64,000 bases of DNA from Chrysomallon squamiferum. Its lineage: Eukaryota > Animalia > Mollusca. The stretch covers positions 2,976,001 through 3,040,000 of the forward strand of contig CM022668.1 of assembly GCA_012295275.1 (NCBI GenBank). The letters run 5' to 3'. The position numbers and the translations under genes were made by a program. Each line of letters begins with the position of its first letter. Positions within the stretch are counted from its first letter, which is position 1. Of this stretch, positions 14,880 to 26,619 are shown piece after piece. The notes under the pieces are model-generated. The model was given only the letters and a program-made list of their open reading frames with translations, did not search any database and was not told the origin of the DNA.

Positions 14880-15531
14880 TTTTGGGCGTATTTGGCTTCA
14901 ATGCACCAGTTTTGTAGTTGCCAGTCAAAATCAACAACAGCGCCGTGTACAACTGCCGCATTAAGGAGTCGCCGATGACGTAGATGGTCCACCCTTCTAA
15001 CACACTGCAGCCAGACTGAGAGTCGAACAACTTCACAGAACATCTCTTGTCATTTGGAACCCAGGTGGCATACTCGGCATGAATACGCGACCTGAGGTCA
15101 AAGTTCGAAGGTCCTCTGCACTCTTCCACGGTTTTGTTCACACATTTGTTATTAAAACAACATGGCGTCGGTCCTTCTGGACTGCAGAGGACACGAAAAT
15201 ATGTCATGTAGGTGACGTTTCCACATTTCAAGTCAGGTCTTTGATAGTCTGTGGCTCCGGGCATTTTACCTCTGGTACTTTTGTAAAATGCATTAATTTC
15301 ACGTTGCTCTTGTGACGTCAGATTTCGCGTTCTCCACGTGCCTGACGTCATACACTTGAGGACATCTGGAACAACTTGTCGTCTGAGATTCGTGGAATTG
15401 TAAGAAGAAAAATATAAATAAGGCTTCGGTGAATGATACACGTAGACGAAACAGACGAAGTACGTGACACAAAACAGACAAACAAAGAAGACGATGTTCT
15501 TTTTGCTTCTGATACTTCGTGATATTGTCAT
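14880..15531 (-). CDS. Paralogue A, first coding exon: type II membrane SGNH/PC-esterase-like protein (TM helix, Cys-rich hevein-like module, GDS motif)
   Basis: ATG at 15531 is conserved in all three paralogues. An upstream acceptor ttttcag| puts the exon start at 15557. Translation: MTISRSIRSKKN, hydrophobic IVFFVCLFCVTYFVCFVYVY, then YVIGDSLMRQLY (GDS at 14973-14965). A phase-1 donor A|GTAGGT at 14879 matches the phase of the downstream acceptor. 652+560 nt = 403 aa + stop. Confidence 0.88.
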
Positions 15532-15621
15532 CGTTGTATGAACAAACATGTGAGATTCTGAAAAAAACAACGATAGCATAGAAATAATTATTTTAACACA
15601 CTCACACACACTTGCACACAT

Positions 15622-15692
<71 letters not shown>

Positions 15693-15978
15693 ACCAGTCA
15701 GAGAGACAGACAGACATAAGTCAGTAAGATAGATAGACAGACGGACAGATATATAGATATTTACACAGTCAGACAGACAAATAGACAGTTTTTAGATGTT
15801 AATAATTACTTGAATATTAAAAATTACCACATATTTACAATTATTTGAGTATAAAAAAATTACCAGATAACAGATATTGTTTTGTTCTAGAGAGATGAAA
15901 CTGTAAGCTGGAATACGTTTATCAATGTAAATACTTTTACAACACCAACAGCAGCAGAACAACAACAACAACATCAGC

Positions 15979-16046
<68 letters not shown>

Positions 16047-16197
16047 CTATAATGATAACAAGAACAATAATTATAATAATAATAATAAAAACAATAGCAA
16101 CAGCAACAATAATAATATCAACAATAATAATATGATTAATTACAACAACAATAATAATTGTAATAAGAATAACAACAACAATAGCAATAATAAACTA

Positions 16198-16270
<73 letters not shown>

Positions 16271-17214
16271 TATTATTATTATTATTGTTACGTTCCTCCA
16301 AATGTAATAAGGTTAAAAAAGAAAACTATCAGTGACATAATGAAATTTTATATAAACAAAATGTTTCCTATTCACTTAAATCAAACTCTGGATCTTTGTT
16401 GAGCTTCTCTCGTGTCCAAGGCTAAATGTCTACCCACTAAACTGTAACTGAATGTCACAGGCAAAATTCTTCCACTTATGAAAATAATAACGGAGCAGAA
16501 ACCTGGTTAATATGATCCACTGGAGATGAACAATAGGACAAAGGAATCGTAAATTAGTCACGCTGAGATTCAAGCCGGTGTCAGAGAATATTTGTTCCCT
16601 ACGAAATTTCGTTCGCCTAGGGGTACAAATTATATTCTCCCTGGTGTTACAAATATTCTTTTACACTGGTAAAGAAAGGCGATATGAATTCAACAGCCGC
16701 GCCTTCATTTTTGTATCATTTATCTATTCATTTTTTTTTTTTTTTTTTTTTTTTAAATCCATTAACTTACGTCTAATATATTCAGGTTTTATCACGAATA
16801 TTCTAAAGTTTTATTTTTATTTTATTTTATTATTATTTTCTAAAATTATTTTTTCTGATTTATGAGGGTTTTTTTTTTGTCCTTGAAAGCTGCTGTCAAC
16901 ATACACGATGTCAGAGCCAGCTGAAAATGTCAGAAAACCAAAGGAGATGAAACAAATTTAGTTAGGACAAACAGTATAGCAACATCTCGTGTACTTTCAG
17001 AGATATATTAATGCACTGCTGAGAACTCTTATTTATAAAAAAAAAAAAAAAAAAAAAAAAAATAAATAAATAAATAAATAAATTAGTGTTTTCCAAAACC
17101 ACAGTAAGAAATACATAAATATTATTCTAAAACACGTCTCTATAATTGAAATGAAAATAATTTGCTGTGGCGATTGAGAGTTGAAACTCCTGCTACATGA
17201 TAAAGCTCAATGTG

Positions 17215-17288
17215 ATCACGTGATACTAATAAAGCTGCAATCTACTACCAGTCCTGGTTAGGGGTAGCGACGATCCATGTCACGTGAC
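17215..17288. promoter_or_regulatory. Paired CACGTG E-boxes upstream of paralogue A
   Basis: ATCACGTGAT at 17215-17224 and GTCACGTGAC at 17279-17288. Both cores are retained upstream of B and C. Confidence 0.45.
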
Positions 17289-17520
17289 TAAAATGACATA
17301 TTCCTCTTGGCTAGACAGTTATGATTAGTACAAAAGTGAAACAATGAGGTTGACGTTATATTCAAGTGGGTTGTAGAAGTTAATCGATATTTTTTAAAAA
17401 GACGGTTGCTCCAATTTTGATTCAAAACGTTTTTTTTAGAAACTATTTTATTATTATTATGAATTTTTAATAAATTTAAGAGATCCAGAGAAAATAATTT
17501 TTTAAACTGTTGTATTTAGT

Positions 17521-19625
17521 GCTAATATCCTACCATACTGAAATACAATAACCTCACTGCTATCATACGATACTGAAATATAACAATCTAGCTGATATCC
17601 TACATACTGAAATACAGTAACCTCGCTGATATCCTACATACTGAATTACAGGAACGTAGCTGAGATCCTACCATACCGAAATACAATAACCTCGCTGATA
17701 TCTCACCAAACTGAAAAAAAAATAACCTCGGTGATATCTCACCCAACTGAAATACAATAACCTCGCTGATATCTCACCAAACTGAAATACAATAACCTAG
17801 CTGGTATCCTGCCATACTGAAATACAATAACCTAGTTGATATCTTACCATACTGAAATACAGTAACCTATCTGATATCCTACCATACTGAAATACAAAAA
17901 CCTAGCTGATATCCAACCACACTGAAATAGAATAATCTGGCTCATATCATACCATACTGAAATACAATAATGTAGGTGATATCCTACCATACTAAAATGC
18001 AGTAATGCACCGGATATCCTACCATACTGAAATACAGTAACGTATCTGATATCCTGCCATACTGAAATACAGTAACGTATCTGATATCCTACCATACTGA
18101 AATACAGTAACGTTTCTGGTATCTTACTATACTGAAATACAATAACCTAGCTGATAACCTACCATACTGAAATACAATAATCTCGCTGACAGCCTACCAA
18201 ACTGAAATAAAATAACCTTGCTGATATCCTACCATACTGAAATATAGTTACGTATCTGAGATCCGGCCAATAACCTCACACATATCATACCATACTGAAA
18301 TACAGTAACCATACTGAAATACAGTAACCTCGCTGATATCCTATCATACTGAAATAAAATAACCTCGCTGATATCCTACCATACTGAAATACAATAACCT
18401 CACACATATCTTACCATACTGAAATACAGTAACGTATCTGATATCCTACCATACTGAAATACAGCAACGTATCTGATATCCTACCATATTAAATACAAAA
18501 ACGTAGCTATCCTACCATACTGAAATAGGATAATCCGGTTCATATCCTACCAAACTTAAATACAATAACCTGGCCGATATCATACCATACTGAAATACAG
18601 TATCGTATCTGATATCCTACCATACTGAAATACAATAACCGCACTCATATCTAACCATACTGAAATACAGTATCGTATCTGATATCCTACCATACTGAAA
18701 TACAATAATGTACCGGATATCCTAGCATACTGAAACACAGTAACGTCGGCGATATCCTACCATACTGAAATCCAATAACGTATCTGATATCCTACCATAC
18801 TGAAATACCATAACCTGGGTGATATCCTACCATACTGAAATACAATAACCTCGCTGATATCCTACCATACTGAAATACAATAATCTCGCCGATATCCTAC
18901 CAAACTGAAATACAATAATCTAGCTGATATCCTACCATACTGAAATACAATAACCTCACACATATCTTACCATACTGAAATACAGTAACGTATCTGATAT
19001 CCTACCATACTGAAATACAGCAACGTATCTGATATCCTACCATATTAAATACAAAAACGTAGCTATCCTACCATACTGAAATAGGATAATCCGGTTCATA
19101 TCCTACCAAACTTAAATACAATAACCTGGCCGATATCATACCATACTGAAATACAGTATCGTATCTGATATCCTACCATACTGAAATACAATAACCGCAC
19201 TCATATCTAACCATACTGAAATACAGTATCGTATCTGATATCCTACCATACTGAAATACAATAATGTACCGGATATCCTAGCATACTGAAACACAGTAAC
19301 GTCGGCGATATCCTACCATACTGAAATCCAATAACGTATCTGATATCCTACTGAAATACCATAACCTATATCCTACCATACTGAAATACAATAACCTCAT
19401 TGATATCCTACCATACTGAAATACAATAATTTCACCGATATCTTCCATACTGAAATACAATAACCTAGCTGATAATGTTAAGTACTGAAACAATAATTCA
19501 TGATATCCTTCCATACTGAAATACAATAATCTCGCTGTCCTAAAATAGAAGAAATAACAGAATAAAGTTAAATACATTAACCTCATTGATATCCTACCAT
19601 ACTGAAATACAATAATTTAGCATAT
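17521..19625. repeat. 35-bp minisatellite array 1 (about 60 units)
   Basis: Consensus CTGATATCCTACCATACTGAAATACAATAACCTAG, head-to-tail with no spacers. Confidence 0.95.
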
Positions 19626-19767
19626 CTTAGTGCACAGTAACCTACAGATACAAAGAGAATTCATACGCTGTACACACTTGTCAGAAAATAGAAGACATAA
19701 CGAACAAAGTTAACCGCTGTGCACTGAACACTGCAGACTGTCACAGATACAAAGAGAAACTGATACA

Positions 19768-19868
<101 letters not shown>

Positions 19869-19879
19869 ATATATATTGT

Positions 19880-21112
19880 CATAGAGTAATATTTAGCATA
19901 AATAATAAACACAATAAAACAGTCATTACGCTTAAACAACAAACCAGCTGAGACAAATGAACATTAGTTAAAACCTGGGAACGTGAGAGTTAACAGAAAC
20001 AGACAATTTGGAATCAGGTAAGTAATGTGATACAGGAAGCATCTGATATAATAAGTATACGCAATAATCAAAAATAAGCTGGCCGAGGTGACAGTTACTA
20101 GAAACAGATAATTTATGAACTCCAATAAGAAATTTAACATGTAAGAAACATTTCAGAAGATTTGTAAATTATTGAGGCATAAAGAAATAAAAGCAGTTAA
20201 AAAAAAAGAAATATGACTTTAAGCGTTGTAAGTGGATCGACTTATTTCTTTCATTGCGATATACGCCTGCATAGAGCACACAAATAAATAAAATATGTGG
20301 ATTTATAAATAGGGCGTCTCCTATGATACAAAATGATTTTTGTATGCATATTTTAATAAATATTGTAAAACTTTTCATTATTTATTTTTTATTAGTAGTA
20401 TTTTTAATTTTTTTTATTTAATTTAATGAAATTAAATTAATTAATTAATTAATTTATTTATTTATATATATTTAAAACAATTTTTTTTTGTTCATTCAGT
20501 TTTTGTACATAGAACAAAAACTGGGTTGCTGTTTGTTATAGAGGAAAATTAATTATTTTCATCTGAATGTTTTTAATAGGCTTTATTAAGTAAAGTATTT
20601 TTGACATTTTATTTCTATTATTATTTTAAAAAATTAACATTTATAAAAGATTGCCAGACACGAAATAAGTTTTAAAACTGAAAATGACAGTTAATATTGT
20701 TTTTAGAATCTAAAGTTGATACTTTTTCTAAAAAAGAAATTTGGCATTATTTTATTTTTTTATGTATTAGCGACTTGATGTTAAAACAGACTGAGATAAA
20801 AGAAAAAACTTTATTGATTTACAAATTATATGTTTATTCATTTCATATTCAGTATTACATTATTGTTAAGAAGAAAATAAATTTATCAGCTTTAGCAGAG
20901 CGAAACAGTGTTTTAAGAAGTAAATATGTATATATATATATATTAAAGAAATAATTAATACATGTAAGAAACAAAAACTATTTCGAGAAATTTGACGTTT
21001 GTAAATATTATTCACGATTTCATTTTTTTTTATTCTTTGTTTAAAATTACTTTTTGTTTATTTGAAAATATATATAAATATATTTATATATTTATTTATT
21101 TTCTGTTATTTC

Positions 21113-21155
<43 letters not shown>

Positions 21156-22830
21156 TGTTAATAAAGTTAACAATTCTGATTACAAACTACGTAACTATTA
21201 ACACAAAACAATGAAAAGAGAGAGGTTTGACATTGCATCTCACTCTTTCTACTTTTTAAAAAAATGCTTATAAAATTAACTCATTAAAAATATAAAAAAT
21301 AAAAAATATCTTTACTCACTTCTATAAATATATTGTGATATCCGAGTGAACTGTAATTATTATCGATACCCGTAGAACTGTCGTTATTACCCGATTGCCT
21401 CGTTTTCGCGAAGGTAAAACGGATTACCTACTTGTACGCCGCACAAAGTTGGCCAAGTACAAAATAACAACATATTTACTTACTCGTGAACGACAAAGCT
21501 AAAAACCAATCAAAAGGACAATAAATGTCACGTGTTAGTCGTAGAAAAGGTTTCTAAATATGGAAGTTTTACCTGCCTCGATGGTTTTATTCTTGCGAGT
21601 CACGTGAACTTGCCCTTTGACACAAAAAAAAAAAAAGAAAAAAAAGGGGTTGACTTAAAAACAGGCGATCTGAAGCGAATACAATATTTTTTTTTTTGCT
21701 TTGGTTTTTTTCAAATAAAACAAAAATATGCAATTAAAATAAGTGCAGATATTAAAATAAAATTAGATATGTTTTCAGTGTTATTCATATTACACATACA
21801 TTTTCTCTGTTGATCGTTCAGTTTCACAAAATCTTCTTTGTTCACTGAGTTATCGTTTTGTTGAAAGACAAAATTTTGTGATAAGAGATGAATAACAAAT
21901 AGGTAATGATATCCTCAGATAATACTGTAAACACAAAGTATTTGTCAAATATCTTTTAATGTTAAATTTTAGAGAACTGGTCAACAATTTGTCTGTTTCT
22001 TGAATGCAGTGATCTGACTTGCTAATATTTTTAGAAATATTTACATGATTTTCATCGTGCTGATTAAACTATGTAACCGCAAACTCTAAAGAAAATAATA
22101 AATGTTTTATATGATGTAGCAGTAATCTGACAGTCTCGTGTTCACACTTTTTATAAATTTTACATGATTACCTACTCGCTAGATTAATAATGATTTCTGC
22201 TGCTGTTAGTAAGTTATCGTTTCCAGTTAGATCTGTGATGTTTGTACATAACTCTTTGTTACAGTGTCATTTCTTTTACCAGAATTCAGATTAAATTTCA
22301 GTTTTCTCTTTAATCAGTTTAGATATTGCTGGGGTGTAATTTAGGTCCAGCGGATATGATTAAAATCGTTTTAGGCGAAAAAATTATTTTTAAAGAAAAA
22401 ATTAATGTATCAGCTTTAGTAAAGTGAAACAGTGTTTTAAAAAGGAAATATATAATGTGTATTAAAACATTTTTAAATACATATAAACAGACAAGAAATG
22501 ATTTCGAGAAATTTAACATTTGTAAATATTATTCTCCATTTCACTTTTTAAATTTGTTTAAAAAATAATATTATATATATAATTATTTATTTGTTTATTT
22601 TGTTTTATCTTTCTTTATCTTGCTTGTCCCACACGATAAAAAAAAAAAAAAAAAAAAAAAAAATTTTCCAAAAACACTTATAAAATATTTATGAAAATAC
22701 CTATACTTACGTATATAAATACATTATGATATCGGTCTGAATTGTAATCCGCACGAGGTAGGCCAAGAAACCAACATTGATCATTTTGTTTACGCATGAA
22801 CTAAAATGCTAAAAAGCAAACAAAAGAAAA

Positions 22831-22867
<37 letters not shown>

Positions 22868-23130
22868 CACGAGTTTGTTGCGTTAACGTCACAAGTATCA
22901 TCCTTTGAGACATGATACTTTTTTTCTCTCAGTGATTCTTTTCTTGCTTGTCAGGTGAATATGCCGTTTGATAAAAAAAAAAAAAAAAAATTACAAAATA
23001 ATAAATCAGAAAAAAGGCGTCATCCATATTTATGAATGTGTCTTTGGTTACTGTGTAAAGAAAACTTAATCTGTGTTGTTATTTCATCAACTCAGAGATA
23101 ACTCCTATTTGGCTCTGTGTAGTTTTTGTT
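19880..23130 (+). repeat. About 3.2-kb near-identical direct duplication (partner 26620-29812)
   Basis: Long continuous matches at an offset of about 6.7 kb, e.g. the same spurious ORFs at 20992/27706 and 23073/29755. Confidence 0.9.
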
Positions 23131-23340
23131 CCGTGCTCTGGCAACGAGTTTGTCATTTTCTGACGCTGAGTTTTACTGGGAACGAAAAAAAAAATAGATT
23201 AGAAAAGGAAAAAAAATTCAAAAATTCAAAAACGAAAAGAAAATGCAGGCTCTGTAAGAGTACCAGTTTATTTAGTTTACGTCGTCCAAGTGTATACAGC
23301 TTCATATTTCACATATAAATAATCATCAGTGAAGCATAAA

Positions 23341-24490
23341 CACGTGTTAGTCGTAGAAAAGGTTTCTAAATATGGAAGTTTTACCTGCCTCAATGGTTTT
23401 ATTCTTGCATGTCACGTGAATTTGCCCTTTGACACAAAAAAAAAGAAAAAAAAAAAAGGGGTTGACTTAAAAACAGGCGATCTGAAGCGAATACAATATT
23501 TGTTTTTGTCTTTGTTTGTTTCAAATAAAACAAAAATATGCAATTACAATAAGTGCAGATATTAAAATAAAATTAGATATGTTTTCAGTGTTATTCATAT
23601 TACACATACATTTTCTCTGTTGATCGTTCAGTTTCACAAAATCTTCTTTGTTCACTGAGTTATCGTTTTGTTGAAAGACAAAATTTTGTGATAAGAGATG
23701 AATAATAAATAGGTAATGATATCCTCAGATAATACATTAAACACAAAGTATCTGTTAAATATCTTAAAATATAAAATTTTGTTGAACTGTCAACAATTTG
23801 TCTGTTTCTTGAATGCAGTGATCTGACTTGCTAATATTTTTAGAAATATTACATGATTTTCATCGTGCTGATTAAACTATGTAACCGCAAACTCTAAAGA
23901 AAATAATAAATGTTTTATATGATGTAGCAGTAATCTGACAGTCTCGTGTTCACACTTTTTATAAATTTTACATGATTACCTACTCGCTAGATTAATAATG
24001 ATTTCTGCTGCTGTTAGTAAGTTATCGTTTCCAGTTAGATCTGTGATGTTTGTACATAACTCTTTGTTACAGTGTCATTTCTTTTACCAGAATTCAGATT
24101 AAATTTCAGTTTTCTCTTTAATCAGTTTAGATATTGCTGGGGTGTAATTTAGGTCCAGCGGATTTGATTAAAATCGTTTTAGGCGTTAAAAATATTTTTG
24201 AAGAAAAAATTAATGTATCAGCTTTAGTAAAGTGAAACAGTGTTTTAAAAAGGAAATATATAATGTGTATTAAAACATTTTTAAATACATATAAACAGAC
24301 AAGAAATGATTTCGAGAAATTTAGCATTTGTAAATTTTATTCTCCATTTCAGTTTTTAAATTTGTTTAAAAAATAATATTATTTATATAATTATTTATTT
24401 GTTTATTTTGTTTTATCTTTCTTTATCTTGCTTGTCCAATACGATAAAAAAAAAAAAAAAAAAAAATAAAAAATCATTTTCCAAAAACCT
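23341..24490 (+). repeat. Tandem re-duplication of 21529-22675
   Basis: Near-identical at an offset of 1812 bp (spurious ORFs 21532/23329 and 22319/24127). Confidence 0.9.
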
Positions 24491-24868
24491 TCCTTGTCCC
24501 TTCCTTGTCCACTGAGTTACTGTTTTGTTGAAACACTAAATCTTGTGATAAGAGATGAATAACAGATAGGTAATGATATCATCAGATAATACCCTAAACA
24601 AAAATATTTCTTAAAATATTAAATTTTGTAGAACTGGTCCACAAATAATGGAGAAAAAAAAATGATGACAATGCTTTATCTTTCATAAGTCCTGAAAAAG
24701 TCACAAAAACTAGACTGGCTTTTTAGACACACCTGTAAGATCTCGGATTTAATCAGGATACGCACTTTGCCGGACATACTGGCTCGGCCTTAACTAAACA
24801 AAAGTTTATGCTGAAATAAATATATTTATTTATTTGTTTATTTTGTGTTGTTGTTGTTGTTGTTGTTG

Positions 24869-24902
<34 letters not shown>

Positions 24903-26067
24903 GATGATGATGATGATGATGATGATTTTCCTCTTAATAAATATGTAACAAAAATAAACTTAACAAATCTGGTAACAGACTACGTAACTATTAACACTAA
25001 GAAGGAAGAGGTAGAAGTTTGTCATTGCATCTCTCTTTTCTACTTGTCCAATACGATAAAAAGAACATTTAAAAAATCATTTTCTAAAAAAATGCTTATA
25101 AAATATTTATGAAAATAAACTTATTAAAAATTTAAGATATATACCTATTCTCACTTATATAAATGTATTATGATATCCGTCTGAATCCGCACGAGGTAGG
25201 CCAAGAAACCAACATTGATAATTTTGTTTACGCATGAACTAAAATGCTAAAAAGCAAACAAAAGAAAAAACAGCAACAAAAAAAAAAAAAAAAAAACATA
25301 TCACGAGTTTGTTGCGTTAACGTCACAAGTATCATCCTTTGAGACATGATACTTTTTTTTTCTCAGTGATTCTTTTCTTGCTTGTCAGGTGAATATGCCG
25401 TTTGATAAAAAAAAAAAAAAAAAAAAATTACAAAATAATAAATCAGAAAAAAGGCGTCATCCATATTTATGAATGTGTCTTTGGTTACTGTGTAAAGAAA
25501 ACTTAATCTGTGTCGTTATTTCATCAACTCAGAGGTAACTCCTATTTGGCTCTGTGTAGTTTTTGTTCCGTGCTCTGGCAACGAGTTTGTCATTTTCTGA
25601 CGCTGAGTTTTAATGGGAACGAAAAAAAAAAAATAGATTGGAAAAGGAAAAAAAAATTCAAAAATTCAAAAAAGAAAACAAAAAGCAGGCTTTGTAAGAG
25701 TACCAGTTTATTTAGTTTACGTCGTGCAGGTGTATACAGCTTCATATTTCACATATAAATAATCATCAGTGAAGCATAAACACGTGTTTGTGTATTTAGA
25801 GCATGGACGAGTTTTCTTTTTAGTTTCAAACAAAAACACACGAACGTGCAAATACAGTGGATACACTAAAATAAAATTAGATATATTTTCAGTGTTATTC
25901 AAATTACACATACATTTTCTGTGTGATCGTTCCGTTCCCTCCCTTCCTTCCTCCCCCTCACTGCAGCTCCCTCTCACTCTCCATATAAAATATGTGTGTG
26001 AATAAAGACAAGTGACTGTATTAAGTAGCAGTAATGTACACATCAGTTTGAATAATTTCACATCTCG

Positions 26068-26099
<32 letters not shown>

Positions 26100-26188
26100 T
26101 CTGTCTGTCTCTCTCTTCTCTCTCTATTTCTCTCCCCCCTCTCTCTCTCTGTCTGTCTGTCTCTCTCTTCTCTCTCTATTTCTCTCTC

Positions 26189-26272
<84 letters not shown>

Positions 26273-26515
26273 TCTCTCTCTCTCTAAGGGAAAAAAATAA
26301 ATATGCAATTTCACTTATATAAATATGTATATACTGTTTCGGAAACACCTTTTCTTTTCGTAAAGCATAATTCGTCCCTGTGTTTAATTACTTTGACAGA
26401 CCGTTTTGAACCGCTCGCTATGCGGGTGTGAAAGCTCACCAATACTTTATCACAGACCAGTCAGGCGTAAAGTGCAAGGTGATCTCTTCATTTACTGTTG
26501 AGTACATTCTGCTCT

Positions 26516-26616
<101 letters not shown>

Positions 26617-26619
26617 GTT

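Noticed and set aside
15079-15481. Antisense and alternate-frame ORFs over the coding exon (also 41476-41727, 62346-62663, 62647-62898)
   Set aside because: Shadow frames of the real exon; they recur only because the exon is duplicated.
15532-15717. N-terminal extension of ORF 14833..15717 (and 40730-40778 of ORF 40173..40778)
   Set aside because: These run through microsatellite and polypyrimidine intron sequence upstream of clear acceptors. The in-frame ATG at 15549 is not conserved (AGG in C, deleted in B).
17844-19586. ORFs within the 35-bp arrays (also 32117-32326)
   Set aside because: The period is not a multiple of 3; these are chance stop-free stretches.
17521-19625. 35-bp arrays (also 30491-32290) as CRISPR arrays
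   Set aside because: Units are head-to-tail with only point variation and no unique spacers; there are no cas genes and the context is eukaryotic.
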